From: an uncultured Alphaproteobacteria bacterium | Lineage (GTDB): Bacteria; Pseudomonadota; Alphaproteobacteria; RF32; CAG-239 | Length of the DNA: 64,000 bases | Reading direction: 5' to 3' | NCBI GenBank assembly: GCA_964017825.1 | Contig: CAXHMA010000001.1 | Location: 193,115-257,114 of the forward strand | Shown here: one piece after another, positions 31,217 to 41,288 of the stretch | How positions within the stretch are numbered: the first letter of the stretch is position 1 | Layout: the number at the start of each line of letters is the position of its first letter | The notes under the pieces: generated by a model | Database searches by the model: none | Told to the model about the DNA's origin: nothing | Seen by the model: the letters and a program-made list of their open reading frames with translations, nothing else | Made by a program: the position numbers and the translations under genes

Positions 31217-31880
31217 CCAATATGTCAGGCATATTCGGCGCCGCGCGGGAAATGCATGAAACGCTGCGCGACAACCACAGGAAAAACTCCGTAAACTTTA
31301 ACCCGCTCAAACGCTTCGGCGACATCAGCGAAAACTTCGCAAGTTTATCCAAATTGGCCCCCTGCGTTCCAACGGCATGAATAACCACCTTCTTGTTTTG
31401 CTGCGCCTCGCGGCATTTTGCCGCCGCCTGTTCCCAGCCGTAATCCGTCGGTTCACCGTCGCTGATTAAAAAAATCCATGGCCGCTTTGAGGTAATACCG
31501 CAGCTGTCATACAAACATTTTTGTTCTTCAATTTTTTGCAGCGCCAGTTCCATGGCTTTACCGATAGGCGAAAGCCCCGAAGCCTCCATAACAGGTGCCG
31601 AAAAATTCATTGCGTCAATCCAATCTGCGGAAATCTCAGCATCGTCTTTACCGTAAGCTTTAATCACCAAAAGCTGAACGCGCGAACTTGCGTCAATATC
31701 TTCTTTGAGCTCTTTCTCCAACGCCTGCAAACCGGTATTCAGCTGCTTTATCGGTTCACCGCGCATAGACCCCGAACAGTCCAAAACCAAAATACACGGT
31801 GTCCGCTCATTGGCATTTTCCGCAAATTCCACATACGGAATCATGACATCCGAAAAATCATCATTGCTGCTTTTATCCAT
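31182..31880 (-). CDS. von Willebrand factor A domain protein (TerY-like)
   Basis: MIDAS 'VLDCSGSM'. 'ISDGEPTD'. Overlaps the PP2C gene start. Confidence 0.8.
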   Translation of the reverse strand: MDKSSNDDFSDVMIPYVEFAENANERTPCILVLDCSGSMRGEPIKQLNTGLQALEKELKEDIDASSRVQLLVIKAYGKDDAEISADWIDAMNFSAPVMEASGLSPIGKAMELALQKIEEQKCLYDSCGITSKRPWIFLISDGEPTDYGWEQAAAKCREAQQNKKVVIHAVGTQGANLDKLAKFSLMSPKRLSGLKFTEFFLWLSRSVSCISRAAPNMPDILDDIEGWNEEEA

Positions 31881-32141
31881 TTATATATCCTTCTAATGCT
31901 GTATCGCCAAATTAATATCGGGGATATGTGTGCGGATACCCGCTGCCCTCAACCGGCACATTGGCGGAAACCCTACCGCACCCGCTTATATATAGAATGG
32001 AAAAAAATACTGAAAAAATCATTAAAAATTTAACTAAATATTTCATTTTTTACCCTATGTATTGCAATAACACTGGTTTAAATATATATCAAACGCTCAG
32101 AATGTACAAAGCTCAATCACTTTATTAACAGGAAAAAAATC

Positions 32142-32675
32142 ATGGCTTTATTATACCGCTTGCTCGTTCTCTTGCTTTTTATCTCTTTTAACGCCGCGGC
32201 ATACAGCGGTCCCAAAGGCTTATACACGCTGCAATATCCGGTTGATATGCCCAATGTCGCCCTGACATCCGAAACCGGAAAAGAAATATCTTATTTAAAC
32301 ACATCGGCTGATTTGACCATCATGATTTTTTGGTCACAAAGCTGCGCCCCCTGCCTGCGCGAAATGAAAGCATTGGAAAAATTCTATCCCGTGGCAGCCA
32401 AAGACAATATCCGCGTTATGCTCGTTTCGCCGGCATCGGAATGGAACAGCAATGAGGAAGAGCGCAAGTTCCTCACAAAATTCGGCGCGCCGACCCTCCC
32501 GTTTTATAACGACAATAACAACAAACTGTCATTAAGCCTCGGCATCGGCTCAACCCCGTACACCGTCATCATGAACAAACACGGCAAAAAAGTTGCCACC
32601 ATTCAGGGCGAAGCAAACTGGTCTTCGGAAAAGCTTTATAAGATGATTAAGAAGCTGATGAACTCGGAAAGTTAA
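32142..32675 (+). CDS. TlpA/ResA-like periplasmic thiol-disulfide oxidoreductase (thioredoxin fold)
   Basis: Signal peptide. 'WSQSCAPCLRE' CxxC motif. Confidence 0.75.
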   Translation: MALLYRLLVLLLFISFNAAAYSGPKGLYTLQYPVDMPNVALTSETGKEISYLNTSADLTIMIFWSQSCAPCLREMKALEKFYPVAAKDNIRVMLVSPASEWNSNEEERKFLTKFGAPTLPFYNDNNNKLSLSLGIGSTPYTVIMNKHGKKVATIQGEANWSSEKLYKMIKKLMNSES

Positions 32676-33235
32676 TCTCCCGAACGCTCTGCCTGCATAA
32701 GCGCCAAGCGCAAATGCGGCTGTGCGGCATATTTTTGCCGCTCATAAAAGCTTCTCCTGATTTCCTTGAGTCTGGCCAAACGTTCTGCCTTTTCTGCCGC
32801 CTGCAAAGCCTGCTCTTCCTGCAGACTTTCAGCATACCCTTTTTTGCTGCTGGCTTCAACCAATTCGTTATTGCATTCAATCAATGACTCATGGATAGTT
32901 TGAAAGTCCCCTTTCTTTCTCATCTCCGCAAAAGCTGCCAAAATAAGTGGATCAATCTTTTCGCGGATTTTCGCCTGCGCCTGCCGTGCATAAAAATCGC
33001 GATGATACGTATAAACCAATCTGACGCTTCCGTCTCTGGCTTCGCGTATCATAATACCGCGCCCTGCGCTGCACAGGCTTTCAAGCTTATCATCGCCATA
33101 GCGCTTCTTCTGCATTTTCAACATGACCTCATGCGAACAAAAACCGTCACGGCATATATCTACAAAAAACTTTTCCGGATTTTTCGGATTACGGCTGCAA
33201 ACAACGCGATATGATACAATCATTGAAGTATACAT
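32672..33235 (-). CDS. Hypothetical protein (start placed at MYTSM with an AAAGG RBS)
   Basis: ORF only. Confidence 0.45.
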   Translation of the reverse strand: MYTSMIVSYRVVCSRNPKNPEKFFVDICRDGFCSHEVMLKMQKKRYGDDKLESLCSAGRGIMIREARDGSVRLVYTYHRDFYARQAQAKIREKIDPLILAAFAEMRKKGDFQTIHESLIECNNELVEASSKKGYAESLQEEQALQAAEKAERLARLKEIRRSFYERQKYAAQPHLRLALMQAERSGD

Positions 33236-33401
33236 GAATTTTAACCTTTCAGAATCTTTTATTTTTTCTGCATGATACATGATTATTTTTTAAAGTAAAG
33301 TATTTTGTCTAAAATTTATGTCAAAAAAAATCATCAATCTGACCGACAATTTCAGGATAAAAAAAGGAGGCTGCGCCCCCTTTAATTTTTTTTCAATCTG
33401 A

Positions 33402-34859
33402 TTATTTAATTTCAAGTTCTTTCTGGTTTTTGCCTTCGGCAGCATACTTCTCCAGCACAACCGCCGCTTTTTTCGGCATGGACAAACACCCCGGACCGGC
33501 AATGCATCCGCCTTCGCAGCTCATCACTTCCAGCATATTGCAACCGTCATCAAGTCCTTTAAGTGCATATTTCTTTAAATTTTTAACATTGTCTTTGGTC
33601 AAACCGTTAATCGCAAACGGGCGATAATCCGCCTTGCCGTCAATCAGGTTGGCAACAGCCGCCGCCACACCGCCGGAAAGCGCATATCGCCTTGATTGCT
33701 GAGACGCTTCATCAGCAAACGCAGACGCATCCAATGCATTAATGTCAATGCCTTTGGCCTCAAACATTGCCTGAATATCGGCAAACACCAAAACATAATC
33801 TACATTCGGGTTGCTTTCCGCTTCAATGCGTTTGGCAAGACACGGCCCGACAAACACGGTTACCGCATCCGGATAACGCTTCTTTGCGATTTCTGCCGTA
33901 TAATACATCGGGCTTCCGGTGTGCGAAACAAATTTCTCAATCTCGGGCACATGAACCTTCGCCGTTTTTACATAAGCCGGACAACATGACGTTGTCATAA
34001 ACGGTGCACCTTCTTCCATACGCTCGACAAATTCCGCCGACTCATTTTTAGATGTATATTCCGCACCGTAAGCCACTTCAATCACATCGTCAAAACCCAG
34101 CGCTTTATATGCGGCTATCACCTTGCCCAAATCATTGCCGAACTGTCCTAAAATGGCCGGCGCCACCATGGCAACCACTTTCTTTGCCGGATTCTTAATT
34201 GCATTCAGTACATCAATCATCTGCGAATTATAAACAATCGCACCGAACGGGCAGGATTGCAGACACTTGCCGCAGGATATGCACTTGTCAATATTAACTT
34301 CTTCCCTTCCTTCCGCATCTTTGCTGATGGCATTTACCGGACAAATTTCTTCACAGGGAACAACTGATTTATGGATGGCCCCATAAGGACAATAGCCCGC
34401 GCACAGCCCGCACTTGATGCACTTCTCCTGGTCAATCACTGCTTTATCCGTAACAGAAATTGCCTTCTTGGCGCAGTTTGCCTCGCACGGGCGTGCCACA
34501 CAGGCCTGACACATCGGCGTTACTTCAAACATTTTCGAACGGCAGGCATTGCACGCCGCTTTAATGACGGAAATCCCCGCCCGCGGCGCCTGAGTACGCG
34601 CCATCGCTTCTTTAACAAACTCATCCAAATCGCGATTCGCATCAACTTCCTGCGCCAAAAAGCCCATTGCCGCCAAAATCTGCCCCTTAACGGCAGCTTT
34701 TTCCGTCTCCGGATTGCGGCGGGCATTCTGCATAACCGATAATTCTGCCCAAACTTGGTTAATATCAGCCAATCCGTTCTCAATAAAAGATTTTGCCACT
34801 CTTTTTATAATTTCCGCACGAATTGGTGCCACATTGTTTTTTGCTGCAAGCATAGACAT
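33402..34859 (-). CDS. [FeFe]-hydrogenase-like protein: Cys-rich N-terminus plus 2x[4Fe-4S] ferredoxin domain plus H-cluster domain
   Basis: Ferredoxin motifs 'CIKCGLCAGYCP'/'CISCGKCLQSCP'. H-cluster motifs 'TTSCCPAY' (L1), 'GPCLAKRIE' (L2), 'EVMSCEGGCIAGPG' (L3). Confidence 0.75.
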   Translation of the reverse strand: MSMLAAKNNVAPIRAEIIKRVAKSFIENGLADINQVWAELSVMQNARRNPETEKAAVKGQILAAMGFLAQEVDANRDLDEFVKEAMARTQAPRAGISVIKAACNACRSKMFEVTPMCQACVARPCEANCAKKAISVTDKAVIDQEKCIKCGLCAGYCPYGAIHKSVVPCEEICPVNAISKDAEGREEVNIDKCISCGKCLQSCPFGAIVYNSQMIDVLNAIKNPAKKVVAMVAPAILGQFGNDLGKVIAAYKALGFDDVIEVAYGAEYTSKNESAEFVERMEEGAPFMTTSCCPAYVKTAKVHVPEIEKFVSHTGSPMYYTAEIAKKRYPDAVTVFVGPCLAKRIEAESNPNVDYVLVFADIQAMFEAKGIDINALDASAFADEASQQSRRYALSGGVAAAVANLIDGKADYRPFAINGLTKDNVKNLKKYALKGLDDGCNMLEVMSCEGGCIAGPGCLSMPKKAAVVLEKYAAEGKNQKELEIK

Positions 34860-35043
34860 GTCCTCAAAAGATAGTTACGATAGAAACAGTATAGCGCGCA
34901 ATTTAGAAGATTTCTTTAAAAATGCAAGAAAAAACATAATATTTTATTTCTGTATTACTTTTCCCTTGACGAATAGACAAAAATATGCTAAAAAAGCACT
35001 TAATCAAATATATATATATCTAAATAATTAAACAAAAAACACT

Positions 35044-35709
35044 ATGACTAGTTTTACGATTGGCGGAATCCCTTATCGGATTCTCGACATAGAAGCGGAA
35101 CGAGGCGCGCGCATCCCGCATGCCGAGCAGTACAAACCTTTCACCGAAAGAGCGCTGGAAGAAATAAAGGACATGCCGAACCACGAAAAAAATCACCAAT
35201 TTCTGGTGGCCTATTCCGTCTATGGCGATACATTCATCACCGCAGACCCGAACACTATCCTGCGCTTAAGCTTAGCCGGACAAGTCTACAACAACAGCAT
35301 CAGAAGGATGACACTGTGCGACGTACTGGCCGTCTTTTATCATGACGGTAAAAAATTTCGCCCGTTCAAAAGCTGGGAACTGCGTCATTTCAACAGCAAC
35401 GACGCCCCCGCATTCCTGGACAAGGAAAATCTGGAAGCACAACTGAAAGGAGTATTCCGCAAGGTCGACATTACGCTAGGCGCGCTGACCCTCACTACCC
35501 GATCCGTTACCTGCCCTGCCTGGCAAATTGTGACCGATAAGGGAACATACTATCTGCCTTGGCATAATGGAACAATCATCGAGGAAGACCCTGCGTTTTC
35601 CTTTGAGGAAAAAGATTTTGCCGAAATCCAAGAAACGCAGTATTACACACATCTGCGTTTCAGCAAAATCCCTCTCAGCAATCAGGCTTTCAACATCAAA
35701 AGCTGCTGA
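35044..35709 (+). CDS. Hypothetical protein (221 aa)
   Basis: ORF only. Confidence 0.5.
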   Translation: MTSFTIGGIPYRILDIEAERGARIPHAEQYKPFTERALEEIKDMPNHEKNHQFLVAYSVYGDTFITADPNTILRLSLAGQVYNNSIRRMTLCDVLAVFYHDGKKFRPFKSWELRHFNSNDAPAFLDKENLEAQLKGVFRKVDITLGALTLTTRSVTCPAWQIVTDKGTYYLPWHNGTIIEEDPAFSFEEKDFAEIQETQYYTHLRFSKIPLSNQAFNIKSC

Positions 35710-35749
35710 AAAAGTACCGAACATACCTGTTATGTTCGGTACTTTTGTT

Positions 35750-38700
35750 TTAAAAGGCTGCCGAAACTCCGACAATTCCGATATAATCCGTCAAACCTTT
35801 TTCGCCGTCTGCATTAAACCGCGCTGAAACCTTTCCCGTCAGGCTCAAATCTTCATTCGTTTTACCCTGATAGTACAAGCCGACATCATATTCTTTCGCT
35901 CTCGGTTTGAGCGATGTCGTCAATTTTTGCATATATATCGTATCGCTTGCCGAATCCCGCCCGTTCGCATACATCAGTGAAGCTTTGCCTTTCACAACCG
36001 AAAGCGGCGAAGAAAAACTTAACCCTATTTTATCTGTCTTGTTCAATAAATATTCGCCCGCAAGCATAAAACTCTCGCTTTCCAGATCCGATATCGCCAG
36101 CATCGGCGCGTCCGCCCCCTGCGTATAACCGCGGTAATATGCCGCAGACAGCAGAATATTCGGGGTTAGGTTCAGCGCCGCCCTGACCCCCATATAATAT
36201 GTGGAACTGTCTTTAATACCGAATGCGCCGCTGCCGTTCATACCCAACAGAGCATTGTCCTCATAGAGCATACCGCCGAGCGCCGCCACTTCCAAATAGT
36301 CTGTCATGCCGAAGCTGTATTCGCCGCTGAATGCATAAGCCCTGTCGTCAAACGAATGATTATCTTGTTCATAATCCCTTTCATACAGCCCGTTTTCACC
36401 GGTTTGCAAAGACAATTTAAGCTTGGAACTATCGCTTAATTTCAGCATATTCTCGGCACCATATGCCTCATTCATCGCCAAATACGGATTTGAAGACGGT
36501 GATAACACATTGTCCTGAGACATATATTTACTGTTGACGGCATAATAAAAGCGCGTTGCACCGTCTACCGTCTCGCTGACAACTTCCGCAACCGCCAGAT
36601 TATTCTTTCCCCCTTTGTCCAGCGTCTCTTCCGAAGCAAATTGAAAACCCGTTTTCTCATCTTTAACCACGCGTTTGCCGTTGCCCGCCGCCATTCTGGA
36701 AACGGCATTGCGCAAATCGGCATTGGAAGCATGCGTCTGATTGACAATATTTTTTGTATCATACTCAAAAGGCCGGTTAAGAGCATCAAACGCCGTCACT
36801 TTTTCCGGCATCGCGGCCATCAACTTATTCTGTACCGCCGAAGATAAGGCAAGTTTGGAACCGGAAACCGGCAAAACCTGCTCAAACGATGTTTGCGTCG
36901 GCAGTCCCAACCCGCCGATAGGCGTCGTAACCGCCGCATTCAAATCCAAAGCACCCCTGCCGTATTTGTCGCTGTTGGCATACTCGCCTTGATTATTCGC
37001 CGTTTCCAATAAAAGATACGCAACATTCTGCGCCGAAAGCCATGGATAATACCCGTTTAATAAAGCAATACTGCCCGTAACAACAGGTGTAGACATAGAC
37101 GTCCCCGATTTACCGGTAAATCCGTCTTTCATCGGCGCCGTGGATTCAACCGATGTCCCGGGGGCCGCCAGACAATAGCCTTTCGTTGAACCGCACCAGT
37201 TGGCATAACCGGCCAGTTTTCCGGAAGGCGCGTTTGCCGTTCTCGTATCATAATCAAGCGCCGTAACGGCAATAAAGGGAGCTTCATATTTTTTCGGGCC
37301 CGCATATCCTTTATCAGACAAATCCAATCTGCCCATACCGGTATGCAGATTAGATTCATGCTGCATTTCGTTTCCGGTAGCCTGCACCCATACCGCGCCG
37401 TTTTTCGCAGCATAAACATAAGCTTCCAACTCATTGCTGCCACGCAGTTTTTCAGCAGTTGTCGCATTATTTTCCGAGGTAACATCAACACCCCAGCTAT
37501 GGTTTAACACTTTAACCCCGCTATCCACCATGCTGGTAATAACAGGCTTGATATCCTGTTTCAAATCCCAGCTGGCCGCCACAAGCTCCGCATTGTCAAA
37601 CGCCACACCGTGTATGCCGTTATTATTTTTATTTGCGGCAATAATCCCGGCAACATGCGTTCCGTGGCTTAATTGGTCGATAATATTAAGCCAGCTGTTA
37701 ACAAAAACTTCCGGTCCCGTATTTATATCCGTAATAAGACCGGACATATCCGCTCCGGGATTGTGCCCGTTTCCGCTGTTTATCAATGCCAATTCACTAA
37801 ACGGTATATTCCATTTTTTCTCCACTATATTTTTCATTTCCGCTTCGCTCAAACCCAGCGTGTCATTTGCGTTTGTATAATATGTAACAATGTCGGCATC
37901 ATGAAAAACATAATACTTTGAGCCTTTCTTTATAACATAACCCTGTCCCCAGCCGTCGCGGGAAACGCCCCAAACCGAGCTATCGTTATTATAAGGGTTT
38001 GCATCTATACCGGAAACAATTTTTCCCGCCAAATCTTTATTGGCATACACACCGGAATCCAAGACGCCGACTTTAATTTTTTTCAATGCCGCTTCACTGT
38101 CTGCCTGATGACTGAACACCGCACCTGTCAGATCTTTGCGGAAGATATGGCTGTATGCGTCTGCTGCCTTGATACCTTCCAAAAAATTAGTGCGCTTATA
38201 TTCTTCTGTTCTGAATTCATCCGGCGCCATATCATCCAAATGGCCGACAGGATCTTTGACTTCGCCTCCGGGCGTTTGCACCTCGCCGCTGACGTGAGAA
38301 TGTCCGCCGCCTCCGCTGCCGGCCAATGCGGCTATTCCCGCACCGGCAGCAACAACACCGGCGGCAGCCCAATAATAACTGTTATCATTTTCAAAAAATC
38401 CGGCAGACTTTCTGAATTTAGGCTGCGTTTGATAATTGCGTTCCGCTTGCCGGAAAGCAGGAGCCTCTTCTTCCGCAACATTTTCCGCACATTTCTGAGC
38501 CGTATTCGCGCCGTATTTCTTTAACAGTTCGAGCGCTTTTTCATCATTACTCCGCAAGGCAAAGCAATAAGCCGTATTGCCGCGGGCATCCTTAATATCA
38601 ACGGCACCTTTGTACCTTGACAATGCGCGGAAATAATCATGATTGCCGGCCTGTGCCTGCTTATAAATAAGGCCCGCACTGACAGACGCGGCCGAAGCGC

Positions 38701-38764
38701 TCGGCATATACCCGCCGCAAAGAGAAATCACACCCCAAAATAATAAAGTTTTTCTAGAAATCAT
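35750..38764 (-). CDS. Autotransporter with an N-terminal ankyrin-repeat module and an S8 subtilisin-like protease passenger
   Basis: Signal peptide. ANK 'DARGNTAYCFALRSNDEKALELLKKYGAN'. S8 triad motifs 'GVLDSGV', 'HGTHVAGI', 'GTSMSTPVV'. C-terminal beta-barrel ending in F. Confidence 0.85.
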   Translation of the reverse strand: MISRKTLLFWGVISLCGGYMPSASAASVSAGLIYKQAQAGNHDYFRALSRYKGAVDIKDARGNTAYCFALRSNDEKALELLKKYGANTAQKCAENVAEEEAPAFRQAERNYQTQPKFRKSAGFFENDNSYYWAAAGVVAAGAGIAALAGSGGGGHSHVSGEVQTPGGEVKDPVGHLDDMAPDEFRTEEYKRTNFLEGIKAADAYSHIFRKDLTGAVFSHQADSEAALKKIKVGVLDSGVYANKDLAGKIVSGIDANPYNNDSSVWGVSRDGWGQGYVIKKGSKYYVFHDADIVTYYTNANDTLGLSEAEMKNIVEKKWNIPFSELALINSGNGHNPGADMSGLITDINTGPEVFVNSWLNIIDQLSHGTHVAGIIAANKNNNGIHGVAFDNAELVAASWDLKQDIKPVITSMVDSGVKVLNHSWGVDVTSENNATTAEKLRGSNELEAYVYAAKNGAVWVQATGNEMQHESNLHTGMGRLDLSDKGYAGPKKYEAPFIAVTALDYDTRTANAPSGKLAGYANWCGSTKGYCLAAPGTSVESTAPMKDGFTGKSGTSMSTPVVTGSIALLNGYYPWLSAQNVAYLLLETANNQGEYANSDKYGRGALDLNAAVTTPIGGLGLPTQTSFEQVLPVSGSKLALSSAVQNKLMAAMPEKVTAFDALNRPFEYDTKNIVNQTHASNADLRNAVSRMAAGNGKRVVKDEKTGFQFASEETLDKGGKNNLAVAEVVSETVDGATRFYYAVNSKYMSQDNVLSPSSNPYLAMNEAYGAENMLKLSDSSKLKLSLQTGENGLYERDYEQDNHSFDDRAYAFSGEYSFGMTDYLEVAALGGMLYEDNALLGMNGSGAFGIKDSSTYYMGVRAALNLTPNILLSAAYYRGYTQGADAPMLAISDLESESFMLAGEYLLNKTDKIGLSFSSPLSVVKGKASLMYANGRDSASDTIYMQKLTTSLKPRAKEYDVGLYYQGKTNEDLSLTGKVSARFNADGEKGLTDYIGIVGVSAAF

Positions 38765-38831
38765 AACCGGCTCCGAATTTTATTTTTTACCAGTATAAAA
38801 CCAAATTGCTAAAAAAACTTTAAGAGTATAT

Positions 38832-39221
38832 TTAAAAATGCTTTTTGATATATTTGATAATCTCGTCATCCGCCGGCGGAAATTCATAATCCGAAAGCTC
38901 TTCCGCCTTCACCCAGCGCAGTTCGTTATGCACCACCGCTTTCAGGTTTTCCGTATCTTTTATTTCCGCACGGTAAACCATAAGCTTAAAATCCCCGTGT
39001 TCGTATTTTCTGGAAACCGTCAGCAAAAAATCCCCGACAACGCAGTCAACGTCAAGCTCTTCCTTAATTTCCCGCACCAGACACTGTTCAACGGTTTCAC
39101 CCTCTTCCTGCTTGCCGCCCGGAAACTCCCATAATCCGGCCAAAGCTTTGCCTTCCGGACGCTGTCCGATAAGAATTCTTTTTTGCTCATCAAAAATGAT
39201 AGCTGTTCCGACTATTTTCAT
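38832..39221 (-). CDS. NUDIX hydrolase (MutT-like)
   Basis: Nudix box 'GGKQEEGETVEQCLVREIKEEL'. Confidence 0.85.
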   Translation of the reverse strand: MKIVGTAIIFDEQKRILIGQRPEGKALAGLWEFPGGKQEEGETVEQCLVREIKEELDVDCVVGDFLLTVSRKYEHGDFKLMVYRAEIKDTENLKAVVHNELRWVKAEELSDYEFPPADDEIIKYIKKHF

Positions 39222-39296
39222 AATTAGTTCCTGAATTTAAATAAATATTAAGTATTTACCTGAAAGACTACTTAAAATAAACAAAAAAGGAAAAAA

Positions 39297-40196
39297 ATGT
39301 TCGGATTTTTCAACAACAAAGTTTTTGACAAAGGCTGGCTTCCCGAACACGAGGGGCATGAGATTTATTATCAGCAGATGGGTAATCCCGCAGGCGAAGT
39401 CGTGCTGACTTTTCACGGCGGCCCCGGCGGCAGCTGCAAAAACCGGCATGGCGAATATTTCAACCTCAAAAAACAGCGTGTCATCATGTTTGACCAGCGC
39501 GGCGGCGGCAAATCTCGCTTTGAGGATATTGCGACTCTTAACGACACCAAACGCCTGATAAAAGACGCCAAACGCCTGCTTGAATATCTGAATGTCAACG
39601 AACAGATTATTGTTGCCGGCGGTTCATGGGGCTCAACTCTTGCTTTGCTGTTTGCCGAAAAATACCCCGAACTAGTCAAACGCATTTGTATCAACTCCGT
39701 TTTTCTTGCCCGCCGCGATGATATGGAATGGATGCTCAAAGACAGCGCTTTATTCTATCCTGACCTGTTGGAAGAAATCCGCCGCCAAAGCGAAGGCGAA
39801 AATCCGTATACCCACTATGCAAAATTGGTATTTTCCGAAAACTTAGGTTCGATTCAAACTGCGCTCAAATATATGGTTCAGTACGAATATCTGCTCGGCA
39901 GCACCGATTCGGCATTTAAAGACGTGCGCATTGACAACGCCGCCATTAATTCCGCCCGCATCGGCCTTTATTATGCGGCAAACCGCTATTTCTTGGAAGA
40001 GAATGAAATCATTAAAAACATTGAAAAAATACAACACATCCCGATGTTAATCGTCCATAACCGGCTGGATATGTGCTGCCCGCTCAAAGGCGCCTGGGAA
40101 CTCTATCGCACCCACGGCAACGCCGAAATTGAAATTATTTCAGACATCGGACATGGCGGCAAAAAGCTTAAAACCGCTTTTCGCAAACACTTCTAA
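39297..40196 (+). CDS. pip: Proline iminopeptidase (alpha/beta hydrolase)
   Basis: 'HGGPGGS', nucleophile 'GGSWGSTLAL'. Confidence 0.85.
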   Translation: MFGFFNNKVFDKGWLPEHEGHEIYYQQMGNPAGEVVLTFHGGPGGSCKNRHGEYFNLKKQRVIMFDQRGGGKSRFEDIATLNDTKRLIKDAKRLLEYLNVNEQIIVAGGSWGSTLALLFAEKYPELVKRICINSVFLARRDDMEWMLKDSALFYPDLLEEIRRQSEGENPYTHYAKLVFSENLGSIQTALKYMVQYEYLLGSTDSAFKDVRIDNAAINSARIGLYYAANRYFLEENEIIKNIEKIQHIPMLIVHNRLDMCCPLKGAWELYRTHGNAEIEIISDIGHGGKKLKTAFRKHF

Positions 40197-40579
40197 GCAC
40201 TGCGCTCCAAATTGTTCAGTTTCATCATCCGCCGCACATCCGGTTCGCCGATGAATAATGCGCAAACGCCGTACTCACGCTCTTCCTGACGGCTGTACAT
40301 GCGCTCAATGCGCAGGCGAACTTCCTCTCTGCTGTTGTAGCCGATCATCTCCGGCGGCAACATATTGATTAGCGTTTCAAAGTTCTGAAACAACGCAATA
40401 CCTTTAACTTCTTTGGCAACGCTCTCCTGCGTTTCTATATTGGTATATTCCACCATATCGCCGACATGCAGGTCATGCAGGCGCTTGGAATACGGGCGGA
40501 TATCAATTCTCCGCTGCCCGCCCAATATCTTATGATAAGCAAACGGATAAACATTTATAATCTGTTTCATACTTGTCAT
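40193..40579 (-). CDS. Small ASCH-like/unknown-function protein
   Basis: ORF with weak ASCH-like features. Confidence 0.4.
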   Translation of the reverse strand: MTSMKQIINVYPFAYHKILGGQRRIDIRPYSKRLHDLHVGDMVEYTNIETQESVAKEVKGIALFQNFETLINMLPPEMIGYNSREEVRLRIERMYSRQEEREYGVCALFIGEPDVRRMMKLNNLERSA

Positions 40580-40829
40580 AACACACCTCATCTCTTTGTT
40601 GTTTCACTTATTTTATACGGCATAAAAAATCAAATTGCAAGCATTTCATACATACAAGTATGTATATTTATATGGCGGAACGATTTTAATTGACGCCATT
40701 TAAAAAATGTGCTATACTTATCTTGTATTTAAAGTTTATTTCTATAATTAGGTCACGTTTTTCATGGTGTTTTTCACTATGTGGCCTAATTATTTCTTTC
40801 GTAAATAATAATCACAAAATAAAACAATC

Positions 40830-41135
40830 ATGACAAACGAAAAAACGTACCAGAATCTCAAAGAATGGTACAACAACCAACCCAAAGAAGTTCAGTATGC
40901 CTGTGGCATTGCAATCGTCGCAGCATTAACCTTCTTCGCCGCAAGCATCGACTCGCTTGTTGATGCCGGCGTCGTCGGTTTCATCTGCGGCACCCTGTGG
41001 TGTTGCATAATCGGGCTGATCAGCGCTCTGGCATTCCTAGTCATCTACTGGATTGCCGCCGCTTTCCGCCCTAAAAAAGCTGAAAAAGTCCTCGACGCGC
41101 TCACAAGCGACCCCGAGGACACCGACCTGAACTAA
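40830..41135 (+). CDS. Small membrane protein (2 TM helices)
   Basis: ORF followed by an intrinsic terminator at 41143-41192. Confidence 0.5.
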   Translation: MTNEKTYQNLKEWYNNQPKEVQYACGIAIVAALTFFAASIDSLVDAGVVGFICGTLWCCIIGLISALAFLVIYWIAAAFRPKKAEKVLDALTSDPEDTDLN

Positions 41136-41288
41136 CCTTTCCCCCTTGAATTTCCGGCGCTCAACGCATTCGGATTTCAAGGGGTTTTCTTTGTCTGTAA
41201 TACAACACTGCTGATACGGCTGCGCCAAATATAAAAAAGGCAGGTTTCCCTGCCTTGTCTCAAAATCAAGCTTCGCTTACCTTGTCAT

